A DNA stretch of 248,000 nucleotides from Hyalangium minutum (GTDB taxonomy: Bacteria; Myxococcota; Myxococcia; Myxococcales; Myxococcaceae): the NCBI RefSeq assembly GCF_000737315.1, contig NZ_JMCB01000001.1, forward strand, positions 20,001 through 268,000, in the 5' to 3' direction. Below, piece by piece: positions 59,172-69,872 of this stretch. Made by a program: the position numbers and the translations under genes. Position 1 is the stretch's first letter. Each line of letters starts with the position of its first letter. The notes below the pieces were generated by a model. It made no database searches, was not told the origin of the DNA, and saw only the letters and a list, made by a program, of their open reading frames with translations.

Positions 59172-59645
59172 TCAGGACTGCGCGGCCACGAGCGCCGCGT
59201 TGGCCCGAGCCAGGGGCCCCCCATCGTTCCGGGGGATCCGCTCGAAGTCGCCGCGCAGTGCCTTGAGCGCGAACTTCTCCAAGTCGATCTCCCGGCGCGT
59301 GCGCACGCCACCCACGGCGCGCACCAACTCGGCCAGGGGCCCGAAGCCCACAAGCCCATGCTGGAGCATCAGCCCTGCGGCGATGCCTCCCAGGATGCGC
59401 CAGTGGCCGCCGTCCCGCCGGGCCAGCCACAGTCCCAGCACCGCGACCGCCGAGCCCGCCACCATCACCGCCCGGTGGATGTCCCACTCCCGCTCGAGCT
59501 TCTGGAGGTAGCGGGAGATCTCCGCCCGATCCTGCTGGGCCATGTGGCGTACGCAGCGCTCCACCCGCTCGTCGATGCGCTGGTTGACATCCTTGGGCGC
59601 GTGCGAGCGCACCGCGTCGGCCGCTGTCTGGTTCCAGGACTCCAT
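59172..59645 (-). CDS. DUF2892/YgaP-like membrane protein
   Basis: REWDIHR, two TM, GVRTRREI.LEK.ALK. Confidence 0.65.
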   Translation of the reverse strand: MESWNQTAADAVRSHAPKDVNQRIDERVERCVRHMAQQDRAEISRYLQKLEREWDIHRAVMVAGSAVAVLGLWLARRDGGHWRILGGIAAGLMLQHGLVGFGPLAELVRAVGGVRTRREIDLEKFALKALRGDFERIPRNDGGPLARANAALVAAQS

Positions 59646-59983
59646 GGAGTGCTCCCTCGCTGTCGCAGTCAGACCCTGCTTCCAAAGGTAGGGGTGGGAT
59701 CGGGCCGCTGCCGCTGCCGCTCCCCCTCGGGTTCTGACGTCCTCTCCGCCGAGGAGCGGCCGAGCGAGCCTCCGAACACTCCGTGCCAGGCGCTCAGGAA
59801 TGGCTGTCGCAGATAACTCTCTCAGCTTGAGACTTGAGAATGTCTGAGACACTTCATCCGAGCCCAGGCCATGTGCCTTCTGGCTTCTACCGTCTGACAG
59901 ATTAGACATGGATGGCCTGTTATTTCCGAGTTCGCACCTCATCTTGATTTTCGGCCCCCGCTGAAAACCCCAAGGAGGATGCC

Positions 59984-60745
59984 ATGCGGAAACTCCCCCT
60001 CGTCGCAGTGCTGCCGCTCACCCTGTCCCTCGAGGCCTGCGGCCCCGAAGCGCTAGAGGAGGAGCCGGTGGAAGAGTTCGGAGCGCTCCAGAGCGCCAAG
60101 CAGGAGTTGACCTTCGCGGCTCGGGGATCCTGGGTGGCCCCCAACCCCGCCACGCCTCTGGCCTCCACGTCCGACCGGGCCTGCTTCTTCACGCGCCTGG
60201 GCGGGGCCTTCGATACGGGCGGAGACTCGCTCCGCATCGCCGCACTGTGGGAGCGGTGGCATGTCGACGGAACGGGCTCGACGCGGGCCGCCGCCGCATG
60301 CGCCGGGATGCGCGACACCCATGAATACACCACAGGCTACGATTGGGCCGCGGGCCAGCAGCCGACGAACCTGGGCCCGGTGAATGGCCGGGTGTGCTTC
60401 CTGACGCGTGTGGGCGGGAGCTTCAACCACCCGACGGACTGGATCGGCGTGTACCAGAGTGGAGGCTCGTGGTTCCTGTCAGGAGCCTCGCAAGCTCGGA
60501 ATGGCTCCGCGCGTGCGCGGTGCCTCACGGTGGACTCCTACAGCGGCGAGTACTCGTGGAGCCAGGAGGCTCGCAACTCCACGTACATGGGGCTCGCGGG
60601 GAACAAGGTCTGCGCCCTCACATCCATGGCGGGACAGTTCGACAGCGACAACGAGTTCGTCGAGATCAGCAAGGCCGTGGGCAACTGGTACCTCAGCGGA
60701 GGCTCCTCGCGCTCGGGAGTCTCCGCCAAGGCCCGGTGCTTCTGA
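59984..60745 (+). CDS. Lipoprotein with three Cys-containing repeats
   Basis: lipobox LEAC; repeated CFLT.(V/L)GG.F. Confidence 0.6.
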   Translation: MRKLPLVAVLPLTLSLEACGPEALEEEPVEEFGALQSAKQELTFAARGSWVAPNPATPLASTSDRACFFTRLGGAFDTGGDSLRIAALWERWHVDGTGSTRAAAACAGMRDTHEYTTGYDWAAGQQPTNLGPVNGRVCFLTRVGGSFNHPTDWIGVYQSGGSWFLSGASQARNGSARARCLTVDSYSGEYSWSQEARNSTYMGLAGNKVCALTSMAGQFDSDNEFVEISKAVGNWYLSGGSSRSGVSAKARCF

Positions 60746-60775
60746 GGCGCCGTCCTCACGCCCCTCTCCTGCAGC

Positions 60776-62278
60776 CTAGGGGAGCCTCTCGGACTGCGAG
60801 TGGCGAGACGACTCATCGCATTCATCCTCAGGCCGGAAGGGCAAGGCCCACAGCTCCCGGCCAGCGCTGTCTTCCGCGGTGAAGAAGACATCCCAGCCCG
60901 AGCGCACGAAGCCGCTCGGCGAGGACGAGGCAGGCCCCGGGTTCAACTCCTTCAGTCGCTCGGTGCCTGACGTCGTGCCATCGCTCACCCACAGTTCGCG
61001 GCCTCGCCCCCCTGTCTCCGCGCTGAAGAAGAGCGTGCCTTGAATGGCAGTGAGTCCCTCGGGTGAAGACGAGCCCGGCCCACGCTCCAGGTCCTTGAAG
61101 AGGCGCGTTCCCCCGGCAGTGCCGTCCGTCACCCACAGCTCGCGACCCTTGCCTCCGCCATTGTCCGCAGCGAAGAAGACGCGCCCGTTCAGCACCGCGA
61201 GCGCTTCGGGCGCGGAGCTCTCCGGGCCAGGACGGATGTCCTTGATCAGCCGCGTCCCCTTCACGGTGCCGTCGCTCGTCCACAGCTCCTCTCCCTCGGG
61301 CTCTCCACCGAAGTCCGTGCCGTTGAAGTTCCCGCCCGCGCTGAACACGAGCCGGTTTCCAAGCGCCACGAAGTCATGCGGGTACTCGCCATGGAAGAAG
61401 CGCAGCTCGCGCGTGCTGGCCGGCGTGCCGTCCGTCTTCCACAGGCTGGCCTCGCCCTCGTCGTTGTCCACGAGGAAGAAGATGCGCGACTTCACCGGCG
61501 TGAGATTGAAAATGAAGTTGTCCTCGAAGCGCTCTAGCACGGAGACAGCACCCGGCTTGCCCATGCTGCGGAACACGTGGACGCTCCTGGGCTGGCTGCC
61601 CACGAAGTAGAAGGCTTGCTGCGTCCGCGCGAAGCGGCGAGGGAAGGTGCTCTCGGGTCCCGGGTTGAGCTCCTCCACCATGCGCGTGCCGCCCGCCGTG
61701 CCATCACTGCGCCACAGCTCTCCTCCATGCACACCGTCGTTCGCGCCGAAGTAGAGCACCCCATCGAACTCTTGGAAGCGGCGCTCGTCCCGGAAAGGAG
61801 AGGGGTCGATGGCGCTGTCTCCCCCGGGGAGGATGTCCTTCACGAGATGGGTGCCCGCGGCGGTCCCGTCGCTCACCCACAGCTCTTGCCCATTCACGCC
61901 GTTATCGGCCGAGAAGAAGACCTGGTCCCCCACCTGCGTGAGATCCTGCAGGTTCGAGCCCTCCGCTCCGGGACGGATATCCTTCACCAGGAAGGTGCCC
62001 GTGCCGCCCGTGCCGCTGCTGGCCCACAGCTCGCGTCCGTGAATGCCGTCATCCGCGGTGAAGAAGAGGAGGCGGTTACTGTTGACCAGTTCTTGCGGAT
62101 CAGAGCCGTCGGGGCCGGGACGGATATCCGCCAGCCGCTTGGCGGTGTCGCCACAGGGCTCCGAAGAGCTGGCGAGTGCCACAGCCTCGGTATCCGCGGA
62201 CGGGCCAGGATCCTCGAGGGGCTCCTGCGCAGAGGATACACAAGCCAAGAGCAGCGGAAGCAAGTGCCAGGGTTTCAC
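60776..62278 (-). CDS. ELWxxDGT-repeat protein
   Basis: multiple G.ELW.SDGT..GT repeats. Confidence 0.9.
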   Translation of the reverse strand: MKPWHLLPLLLACVSSAQEPLEDPGPSADTEAVALASSSEPCGDTAKRLADIRPGPDGSDPQELVNSNRLLFFTADDGIHGRELWASSGTGGTGTFLVKDIRPGAEGSNLQDLTQVGDQVFFSADNGVNGQELWVSDGTAAGTHLVKDILPGGDSAIDPSPFRDERRFQEFDGVLYFGANDGVHGGELWRSDGTAGGTRMVEELNPGPESTFPRRFARTQQAFYFVGSQPRSVHVFRSMGKPGAVSVLERFEDNFIFNLTPVKSRIFFLVDNDEGEASLWKTDGTPASTRELRFFHGEYPHDFVALGNRLVFSAGGNFNGTDFGGEPEGEELWTSDGTVKGTRLIKDIRPGPESSAPEALAVLNGRVFFAADNGGGKGRELWVTDGTAGGTRLFKDLERGPGSSSPEGLTAIQGTLFFSAETGGRGRELWVSDGTTSGTERLKELNPGPASSSPSGFVRSGWDVFFTAEDSAGRELWALPFRPEDECDESSRHSQSERLP

Positions 62279-62451
62279 GGACGTCTCCTTTGCGAGCCTG
62301 CCGGCCAAGCCGCGCCGAGCGCGCAGTCTGGTGCATGCCCACCTGGCGCATGAATGGCGCACCAGTGCGAGGGCACAGCCTCCGAGACGACAGCATGTCC
62401 CTGCCAGCACGGGAGTGAACCTGGCCCTTGGCCTCGAGGACACCCAGCACC

Positions 62452-62961
62452 TCACCCTCCAGCGGTGAGGGCTCCTTCGAACTCCAGCAGCCACTTTTTC
62501 GTGGGCAGCCCTCCGCCGAAGCCGGTGAGCGCTCCGTTGGAGCCGATCACCCGATGGCATGGCACGATGATCGGCAGAGGGTTCTGGCCATTGGCGAGGC
62601 CCACCGCGCGCACAGCCGTCGGCCGGCCGATGCGGCTCGCGATGTGGGCATAGGTGACGGTCTGGCCGAAGGGGATGCGGCTCAGGGCCTGCCACACCTG
62701 CTGCTGGAACTCCGTGCCGCTCGGGGCGAGCTTCACGCCCTCGAAGGCCATCCGTTTCCCGGCGAAGTACTCCTGGAGCGCTGTGCTCGCGTCCGCGAGG
62801 TGAGCGCGGGCGAGCGCCGTTCCCTGTGCCACCGGCAGATCCTGCTCGTCAATGGGGAACAGCACGGCGACGAGGCCCTCCTCGTTCGCGGCGAGCCTCA
62901 GCTCTCCGATGGGTGTCTTCAGGCGCTTCGTGGCCATCGCGTCGGTCATGCGGATCTTCAT
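62452..62961 (-). CDS. ogt: Methylated-DNA--protein-cysteine methyltransferase
   Basis: IIVPCHRV active site. Confidence 0.9.
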   Translation of the reverse strand: MKIRMTDAMATKRLKTPIGELRLAANEEGLVAVLFPIDEQDLPVAQGTALARAHLADASTALQEYFAGKRMAFEGVKLAPSGTEFQQQVWQALSRIPFGQTVTYAHIASRIGRPTAVRAVGLANGQNPLPIIVPCHRVIGSNGALTGFGGGLPTKKWLLEFEGALTAGG

Positions 62962-62977
62962 GGTGGGTCCTCCCAAA

Positions 62978-64462
62978 TCAGGCTGCGGAGCTCGAGGTCC
63001 GCTCGAGCATCGGCTCCGTCCACAGCAACAGCGCCGCGTAGCCGCGCCAGGGCCGCCACGCCTCCGCCATCCGTTCGAGCGCCCGAGGTGCAATGGGCAC
63101 TCCACCGCCCGCCACCTTGCGCAGGCCGAGGTCCGCCGAGGGAAAGGCATCCGGTTCGCCCAGGGCGCGCAGGGCCACGTAGTGAGCCGTCCACTCGCCA
63201 ATTCCTGGCAGTGTCACGAGCCTCGCGACGCTCTCTTCCAGGCTTACGCTTGGCTTCAGCTCGCAGGCTCCCGAAGCACATGCCGCAGCCAGCCCCTTCA
63301 AGGCCTGCTCTCGCCCCGTCGTGAGCCCAAGCCCTGACAGGTCCGCGCGGGCCAGTTCCTCGGGAGATGGGAAGAGATGGGTGAGGCCGTTCCTCGGCGA
63401 GGGGAGCGGCGTGCCGCTGCGCTGGACCACGCGCCCCGCCAACGTCGTGGCCCCCTTCACGGAGACCTGCTGGCCCAGCACGGCCCGGATCGCCAGCTCG
63501 AAGGGCTCGAATGCTCCTGGGACGCGCAGCCCTCGCGCCTGCGCAAGCCGAGGCCCGACGATCGGATCGTCTCCGAGCGCCGCTGTGATTGCCGCCGGAT
63601 CCGCGTCCAGGTCGAACAGCCGGCGCACACGCGCCACGATCTGCCGCACGGGCAGCGCGCCGGCCCCGTCGATCCGGACTGACAGCGCGTGCCGATCCGG
63701 CTGATGGGTGACCTCGATCGTGCCGGTGCTGCCACCGAGCCGGTAGGTCCGGCGGTACGTCTCCGCGTCCACCTGCTCAACGCCCGGAATCGCCCGCCCT
63801 GCTAGGTAGGCAAGGACTCGGGCCCAGTCGAAGGGCGGACGGTAGCCGAGCCTCAAAGAGATGGCCGCAGCCGCTGGGGTACCGCTGGCCTTGGAAGCCC
63901 GGCGGAGCTCGCTGGGGTTGCGGCGGTAGACGGTCCGCACGGCGTCATTGAAGCGGCGGAGGCTCTGGAAACCCGCAGCCGCCGCAATCTCGCTGAAGGG
64001 TAGCTCTGTCTCGGTAATGAGCTGCTTGGCCAGTAACAGGCGCCGGTTGCCCGCCACCGCCTGGGGGCTCGCACCCAGGTGCTTCACAAACAGCCGGTGG
64101 AGCTGCCGGGCGCCGATGCCCACCCGTGCGGCGAGCTGCTCGACCGAGCCCTCGTCGAGCGCTCCCTCTTCGATCATCCTCAGGGCCCGCGCCACGCTGG
64201 CCTCGGTTCCCGCCCAGGCGGGGGTGCCAGGGGCCGTCTCCGGGCGGCAGCGCAGGCAAGAGCGGTAGCCGAGGGCCTCAGCTGCAGCGGCGCTTGGGAC
64301 GAAGAAGCAGTTCTCCCGCTTTGGCGTCCGGGCCGGGCACACCGGGCGGCAGTAGATCCGCGTGGTCTTGACGCAGACAAAGAAGCGCCCGTCGAACCGA
64401 GCGTCACGCCCACAGAGCGCGCGGTAACAGAGGTCCTGGTCAAGGAGGTCGTCAGCGGCCAT
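62978..64462 (-). CDS. Ada-regulator / AlkA 3-methyladenine glycosylase fusion
   Basis: Ada Zn site (YCRP.C, CLRC), AraC HTH, AlkA HhH GIG.WTA. Confidence 0.9.
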   Translation of the reverse strand: MAADDLLDQDLCYRALCGRDARFDGRFFVCVKTTRIYCRPVCPARTPKRENCFFVPSAAAAEALGYRSCLRCRPETAPGTPAWAGTEASVARALRMIEEGALDEGSVEQLAARVGIGARQLHRLFVKHLGASPQAVAGNRRLLLAKQLITETELPFSEIAAAAGFQSLRRFNDAVRTVYRRNPSELRRASKASGTPAAAAISLRLGYRPPFDWARVLAYLAGRAIPGVEQVDAETYRRTYRLGGSTGTIEVTHQPDRHALSVRIDGAGALPVRQIVARVRRLFDLDADPAAITAALGDDPIVGPRLAQARGLRVPGAFEPFELAIRAVLGQQVSVKGATTLAGRVVQRSGTPLPSPRNGLTHLFPSPEELARADLSGLGLTTGREQALKGLAAACASGACELKPSVSLEESVARLVTLPGIGEWTAHYVALRALGEPDAFPSADLGLRKVAGGGVPIAPRALERMAEAWRPWRGYAALLLWTEPMLERTSSSAA

Positions 64463-64534
64463 GGGGTGCAGATATCGCGTCCCTGCCCCGGGCGCTCGCC
64501 AGAATCGGACGTGACGGTATGGGTAGGATTCGGA

Positions 64535-65668
64535 CTACTGGGCGAGGTATGCGTCCAGCTCATCCCGGAAATAGCGCAGCCCCTGCTCGAAGCGCGCAAG
64601 CCGCATGAACTCGTTCGCCCCCGAGCTCAGCCCGGCCTGGATGGACTCGCCCATCGTCATGTCCTCCATCACCGCGCCCACCAGGATGTCCATGTTCTTC
64701 TGCCAGTAGCGCGCCGCCTTCTCCGTCTCCGGCCGCTGCGGCAGCAGCCAGAACGTCCGGTACTCCGTCCGGTCTGGCCCCAGCGGATGCACCGTGCTGA
64801 TCGACACGTGATCCGGCTGGATCAGCAGCAGCACGTTCGGGAAGAGCTGGAACAGCACGTTGGCGTGCTTGCGCAGCTCCCACCCCTGCTCCGGCGCCCC
64901 CGCCAGCTCCTGGATGGTCCGCTTGGGGAAGATGCAGCGGATGTGCGGCGGCAGCCGATCCACCAGCCCCACGTTGTTGAAGAAGATCGGGTAGATGGAC
65001 TCCCGATGCGCGTACTTGAGGTGGTACGCCTCCAGGAAGATCTCGATCGCGATCTTCCAGTTGAGCCGCTTCTCGAAGCGATGGATCTGGTGCGCCACGT
65101 GCCGCTCCAGCCCGAAGCCCGCCAGTTCGCCCAGCACCGGGCCGAGGAAGGAGTCCACGTCTGGCCCGCCGGGCTCCAGCGTTACCCACAGCAAGCCCAG
65201 CCGCTCCACCATCGGCACCCGGACCAGGCCCACCGTCTCCGAAGGCCGGCTCGGGAACCCCACTTCGTCCGGAACTCCGCGCAGCCGCCCGGAGGAGTCA
65301 TAAGTCCAGCCATGGTACGGGCACACGAAGGCCTGCTTGTGCCGCCCCTGCTCCTCCCGCACCAGCCGCGTGCCCCGGTGGCGACAGACATTCAGGAAGC
65401 ACGTCAGCTCGCCCGAGGCCGTCCGGCACAACAGCAGCGGCGTCCCCGTCGCGTCATGCGTCAGGTAGTCGCCGGGCTCGGCCAGCTGGGACGCGTGGCC
65501 CACGAGCAGCGGCAGCTTGCGAAACAGCCGCCGCTCCGCCTCGTAGCGCTCCGGCTGGAGGTACGGCGCAACGGGCAGCCGCGACTCCTCCTCCACCATG
65601 TGCGTGGTGCCCGTGCGCAAGTGCTCCAGCACCCGGTGGATCAGCTCAACCTGCTTCGCGTGCTCCAC
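64535..65668 (-). CDS. Rieske ring-hydroxylating oxygenase alpha subunit
   Basis: C.H...CPYH Rieske motif, E.YH...H. Confidence 0.88.
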   Translation of the reverse strand: MEHAKQVELIHRVLEHLRTGTTHMVEEESRLPVAPYLQPERYEAERRLFRKLPLLVGHASQLAEPGDYLTHDATGTPLLLCRTASGELTCFLNVCRHRGTRLVREEQGRHKQAFVCPYHGWTYDSSGRLRGVPDEVGFPSRPSETVGLVRVPMVERLGLLWVTLEPGGPDVDSFLGPVLGELAGFGLERHVAHQIHRFEKRLNWKIAIEIFLEAYHLKYAHRESIYPIFFNNVGLVDRLPPHIRCIFPKRTIQELAGAPEQGWELRKHANVLFQLFPNVLLLIQPDHVSISTVHPLGPDRTEYRTFWLLPQRPETEKAARYWQKNMDILVGAVMEDMTMGESIQAGLSSGANEFMRLARFEQGLRYFRDELDAYLAQ

Positions 65669-65710
65669 GGCGATCCTCCGGGCCAGGCCTGGCGGCGTGC
65701 GGCCGGAAGC

Positions 65711-66127
65711 TTACCCCCAGGGCCGCAGGATCAGCAGGTAGATCGGGAGCGCGGCCTCGAGGGCGTAGGTCGACAGCGCGCCCGGAATCTGGATGGCGGA
65801 TGAGCCCTTGATCAGCCCCACCGCGTGAAGGATGCGCGACACGACCAGCGCGCCCCCAAAGATGTGGAGCAGTGTCGAGGAGCCGCCACACAGCTCGGCC
65901 GCCAGCAGCAGGATGAGGAGCAGCGGCACGTGCTCCACGCTGTTGCCATGCGCACGGATCGCGCCGATCAGCTCGGCATGTCCCCCATCGCCTCGGAACG
66001 TGTTGTACTTGCCGCGCAGCCGGCTCACGTTGAGCCCCAGCCCCAAGAGCAGCAGAGAGCTCAGGGCTCCGTAGAGCGCTGTCACCGGGACCGCCACCAG
66101 CGCCGTCCCCAAAAGCGGATTGGCCAT
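65711..66127 (-). CDS. MAPEG family protein
   Basis: RAHGN..E, R.LHA.G. Confidence 0.85.
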   Translation of the reverse strand: MANPLLGTALVAVPVTALYGALSSLLLLGLGLNVSRLRGKYNTFRGDGGHAELIGAIRAHGNSVEHVPLLLILLLAAELCGGSSTLLHIFGGALVVSRILHAVGLIKGSSAIQIPGALSTYALEAALPIYLLILRPWG

Positions 66128-66211
66128 TGTCTTCACCTCTTCCATCGAGTCCGGGCCGCACCATAAACGCATCCCGGACTCCTGGCAGGTTTTGACGCGG
66201 GCCCAGCCTCC

Positions 66212-69200
66212 TCACCACGGCAGGGAGAAGAAGCTCACCTCCTTCACGGGCTCCGTCGCCACGGGCCCGGGAAGCAGCATCGCGCCGTCCGTTGTCAGCA
66301 GCAGTGTGCCGCCCGGCACCGCCATCGCGTCGTTCACGTCCCGCGTGGGCAGGAGCACCGCCCGCTTGCCGCCGTCCGCGCTCACCCGAACCGAGGGCAT
66401 GCCCAGGCCGCCCACCCACACCGTGTCACCCACCGCCTTCAGCGCGCGCAGTGGCACCCACTGGCCCTCCAAGCCCTGCACCTTCGACGCCCGGCCCTCC
66501 TTCACCGCGTACACCCCGCTGGCGTACGTGCCGACCCACACCGAGTCCCCGCGCGTCAGCAGCGCCGTCACCCAACCGCCCCGGTAGCCCTCCGCCGCGC
66601 CGAGCCGCTCACCCCGCCCGCCCTCGAAGCGGTACAGCCCATCCATGCCACCGGCCCACAGCGTCCCCTCCTGCCACGCCACCGCGAAGAACTTGCCCGC
66701 ATCCACCCCGGACTGCAGGTCCACCCGCCGCACCTGCGCTCCCGCAGACACCACCAGCAGCCCGCGGCTCGTCGCCACCGCCAGGCCCTCCGGTCCCACC
66801 GCGAGATCGTGCGCGCTCGCCTCGTGGATGCGCTCCACGCGCAGCCCCTTGCCCGAGCGGCTCAGCCGCAGCAGCCCGGCCTCCGTCCCCGCCCACAGTG
66901 CCCCATCGAACGAGGCCAGCGCGTTCACCTGCGCCTCACGCACATCGAGCTCCAGCGACACCGGCTCGGCCTGGTTCCCCGCCCACCGCCACAGCCCCGA
67001 GTCGAACCCGCCCAGGTACACCTCGCCCTCGAAGCGCGCCGCCGCCATCATCGCCGCCGAGCCCGCAGGCAGGGACAGCTGCGACAGCGCCACGTAGCGA
67101 TCGCGCCCCTTCTGCAGGAAGCGTCCGCTCCCGCTCGCCACCTCCACACCTCCCGCCGCCATCGAGAGCGAGAGCACGTGCGGGTGTGCGAACTTCGTGC
67201 GCAGCGCCCGCCCGCCCGTCACCCGCCACAGCCCGTTGTAGGCCGTGCCCACCAGCACGTCGCGCCCATCGGACACCACCCCCGTCACGTACACGCTGCC
67301 CACGTCCAGCTTGCTCCGCTCCAGCTTCTCTCCTCGCAGCTCCTTCAGGCCCTCGCCCAGCACGCCCACCAGCACCGTGCCCTCCGGCAGCGTCACCAGC
67401 CCTGTCACCGGGTGGCTCGGGAACGTGCCCACCGCGTGCGCCGTGCAGCGCTCCATTTCCTTTGCACAGGACAGGGAGACCAGCTCGCCGCTCTGCGTGC
67501 CGAAGAGCGCCGCACCGCCCTCCAGCGGCAGCACCGCCGTCAGCGCCAGCGAGGTGAGCGGCGCCTCGGCGTGCGCGTAGCGAAGCTCCTTCCCGGCCAC
67601 CGTGAGCCGCACCTCTTCGCCCACCAGCCGCAGGCCCTGGCCCTCCACCGACAGCGCCGGCACCTCGCGCTGGAGCGAAGTGCGAGAGGCCACCGCCACC
67701 GCCTCGTCCTCCACCATCGCGCTCAGCGTGTGGTTCTCCCACGTGAAGGCCAGGTGCACCGTGTTGCCCGCCCGGTCCCGCGCCACCACCGTGAAGGCCG
67801 AAGGCAGCTCCGTGAGCGGCACCAGCCACTCGCCCGAGAGCGCGCTCAGCGTCCGCGTCCACGTGTTGGCGCCCTCCAACCGCACGCCGCCCAGCTCCTG
67901 CCCCGCCTCCGCCGAGGTGATGCGCAGCACTCCCCGCTCCGTGTCCGCCTCCACCGCCACCGCCGGGCCCGCGTCATCCAACCGGTACCACGCGCGCTCC
68001 TGCCTCACCCGGCCGTCCGTGTAGCGCTTGAACACCTCCACCGCGTACAGCCGATCCGTCCACCCCCGCGGCACCAGGAAGCGATCCACGAACACGCCCT
68101 CCTTCGCGTCGTACACCAGCCGCCGGGCCTCGCCGAACGGGTACCACGCCGTCACCTCCTCCAGCCCCGGCTCCACCCGCGCCGTGAGCAGCGGATCGCC
68201 CGGCTTGATCGAATCCAGGCTTAGCTCGGGCGAGGACACCTGCAGCGCCGTGAACGCCGTGGGGATCTTCTCCTTCAGGCTCGTCTCGATGATGCGCTGC
68301 TTCAGCTCCGGATCCGGCGAGCGCTTGTACGCCGCCATCCACGTCGCCAGCTGGCGCTCGAAGTAGCCGCGCCGCACCGCACGGCCCTCGGGAGACTCGG
68401 GGCTGCGCACCGTCACCGGCACCTGCCGCCCCACCTGCCGCCCCTCGATGTGCGCCGCCACCTCCAGCGGAGCCTCCGAGGTGCTGAGGAAGAACAGGCG
68501 CAGCAGGCCGCCCTCGGCCACGCGCCGGCTCGAGCTGCCCATGGGCTCCACGCCGTGCCCGTCCTGCGTCAGCGCCGTCACCTCCAGCACCGGCAGCACC
68601 AGCTCGTCCGCCTGGGCGCGCAGCTTCGCCATCGCCTCCACCTCGGGATCGAACACCCGGGCGGACAGGGGCACCTGCCCCTCCATGAACGCGCGCTCGT
68701 GCGCATCCGCCAGGAAGACGAACGAGGGCAACAGCGGGAGGATCTGCTCGAAGCCCGCGAGCTGCAGGTCCGTCACGCCCACGCAGCGCACCTCCGGCGT
68801 GCGGCAGCGCGCGTCATCCATGGCCCGCGCAAACGAGGCCCCATGCGTGGTGTGCCCCGCCGTGCCGTCCAGCAGCGCCTTCACCACCGCCGCCGCGTCC
68901 CCGCTCGCCCGCTGCTCGCGGACCGTGTCTCCCACCGCGAACACCCGCACCGGCGCCGCCGACTGGTCCTGCAGGCGATCCACCAGCGCCTCGAGCGCCG
69001 CCCGGCGACGCCGCATGGAGAACGAGGCGTCCACATACAGGCGCAACTCCTTATAAGGAGCGCGCCACTCCCCGGCGTTGTTCAGCGCCACCCTCAGCCC
69101 CACCGCGGAGCTGCCGTCCTCCAGCTTCACCGCGTCCGCGCCGTAGGACAGCGGCGCGCCCTTCTCGCTCCACCACACCTCCACCGGCTTGTCCGTGGAG

Positions 69201-69832
69201 AACACCAGCCGCGTGCCGCGCTCGGAGCGGCCGAGCTGCGCGAACCGCGCCCCTTCCACGCCCACGTCCGCCAGCGGCTCCTCCGTCTGGACGTCCACCA
69301 CCACGGACGAGGCCGCCCGCCCCTGTCCCAGGAAGCGATCCACCGCCAGCGCCACCTGGCTGCGCCCCATCTCCCGCGCCACTGGCACCCGCAGCGTCAC
69401 CTCCACCCGCTGCAGGGCGCCCTCCCTCACCGGGTACACGGAGAAGCGCTGCACGCCCGCGTCCGTCTTCAGCAGCGCCGTGGCCCGCCCCTCCCCCGCG
69501 GCCTTCTCGTGCGCGGCCTCCGCCTCGCCCTTCTCCTTCAGCTCGGCGGCCAAGAAGCGCTCGCCCTGCCAGAAGCCGAAGGACACCACCGTGGCGCCCT
69601 CGGGCAGGTGGAGCTGGTAGTCCGCCTGGCCCAGCTCCGGCCCCGCGTTGTGGAACACCTGGACGAGGCGCACCTCCGCGTCCTCCCCACGTGCGTCCAC
69701 GTACAGGGACTGGCTCACCAGCGGGAGCTGGCGTGCCTCCGTGAAGAGGCCCGCCTTCTGGTTGTCCTGTGCACGGGCGGGCAGCGAGAGAAGCAGCAGG
69801 GAGACGAGGAAGCAGCAGCGAGCGGTGGTCAT
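66212..69832 (-). CDS. VIT/vWA-like protein fused to beta-propeller repeats
   Basis: N-terminal VIT pattern, DAS.SM MIDAS-like site, W.GT..GL repeats. Confidence 0.65.
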   Translation of the reverse strand: MTTARCCFLVSLLLLSLPARAQDNQKAGLFTEARQLPLVSQSLYVDARGEDAEVRLVQVFHNAGPELGQADYQLHLPEGATVVSFGFWQGERFLAAELKEKGEAEAAHEKAAGEGRATALLKTDAGVQRFSVYPVREGALQRVEVTLRVPVAREMGRSQVALAVDRFLGQGRAASSVVVDVQTEEPLADVGVEGARFAQLGRSERGTRLVFSTDKPVEVWWSEKGAPLSYGADAVKLEDGSSAVGLRVALNNAGEWRAPYKELRLYVDASFSMRRRRAALEALVDRLQDQSAAPVRVFAVGDTVREQRASGDAAAVVKALLDGTAGHTTHGASFARAMDDARCRTPEVRCVGVTDLQLAGFEQILPLLPSFVFLADAHERAFMEGQVPLSARVFDPEVEAMAKLRAQADELVLPVLEVTALTQDGHGVEPMGSSSRRVAEGGLLRLFFLSTSEAPLEVAAHIEGRQVGRQVPVTVRSPESPEGRAVRRGYFERQLATWMAAYKRSPDPELKQRIIETSLKEKIPTAFTALQVSSPELSLDSIKPGDPLLTARVEPGLEEVTAWYPFGEARRLVYDAKEGVFVDRFLVPRGWTDRLYAVEVFKRYTDGRVRQERAWYRLDDAGPAVAVEADTERGVLRITSAEAGQELGGVRLEGANTWTRTLSALSGEWLVPLTELPSAFTVVARDRAGNTVHLAFTWENHTLSAMVEDEAVAVASRTSLQREVPALSVEGQGLRLVGEEVRLTVAGKELRYAHAEAPLTSLALTAVLPLEGGAALFGTQSGELVSLSCAKEMERCTAHAVGTFPSHPVTGLVTLPEGTVLVGVLGEGLKELRGEKLERSKLDVGSVYVTGVVSDGRDVLVGTAYNGLWRVTGGRALRTKFAHPHVLSLSMAAGGVEVASGSGRFLQKGRDRYVALSQLSLPAGSAAMMAAARFEGEVYLGGFDSGLWRWAGNQAEPVSLELDVREAQVNALASFDGALWAGTEAGLLRLSRSGKGLRVERIHEASAHDLAVGPEGLAVATSRGLLVVSAGAQVRRVDLQSGVDAGKFFAVAWQEGTLWAGGMDGLYRFEGGRGERLGAAEGYRGGWVTALLTRGDSVWVGTYASGVYAVKEGRASKVQGLEGQWVPLRALKAVGDTVWVGGLGMPSVRVSADGGKRAVLLPTRDVNDAMAVPGGTLLLTTDGAMLLPGPVATEPVKEVSFFSLPW

Positions 69833-69872
69833 GGCAGTGGCTCGGTCAGGCAGGAGAGAAAGGGAGCGGACT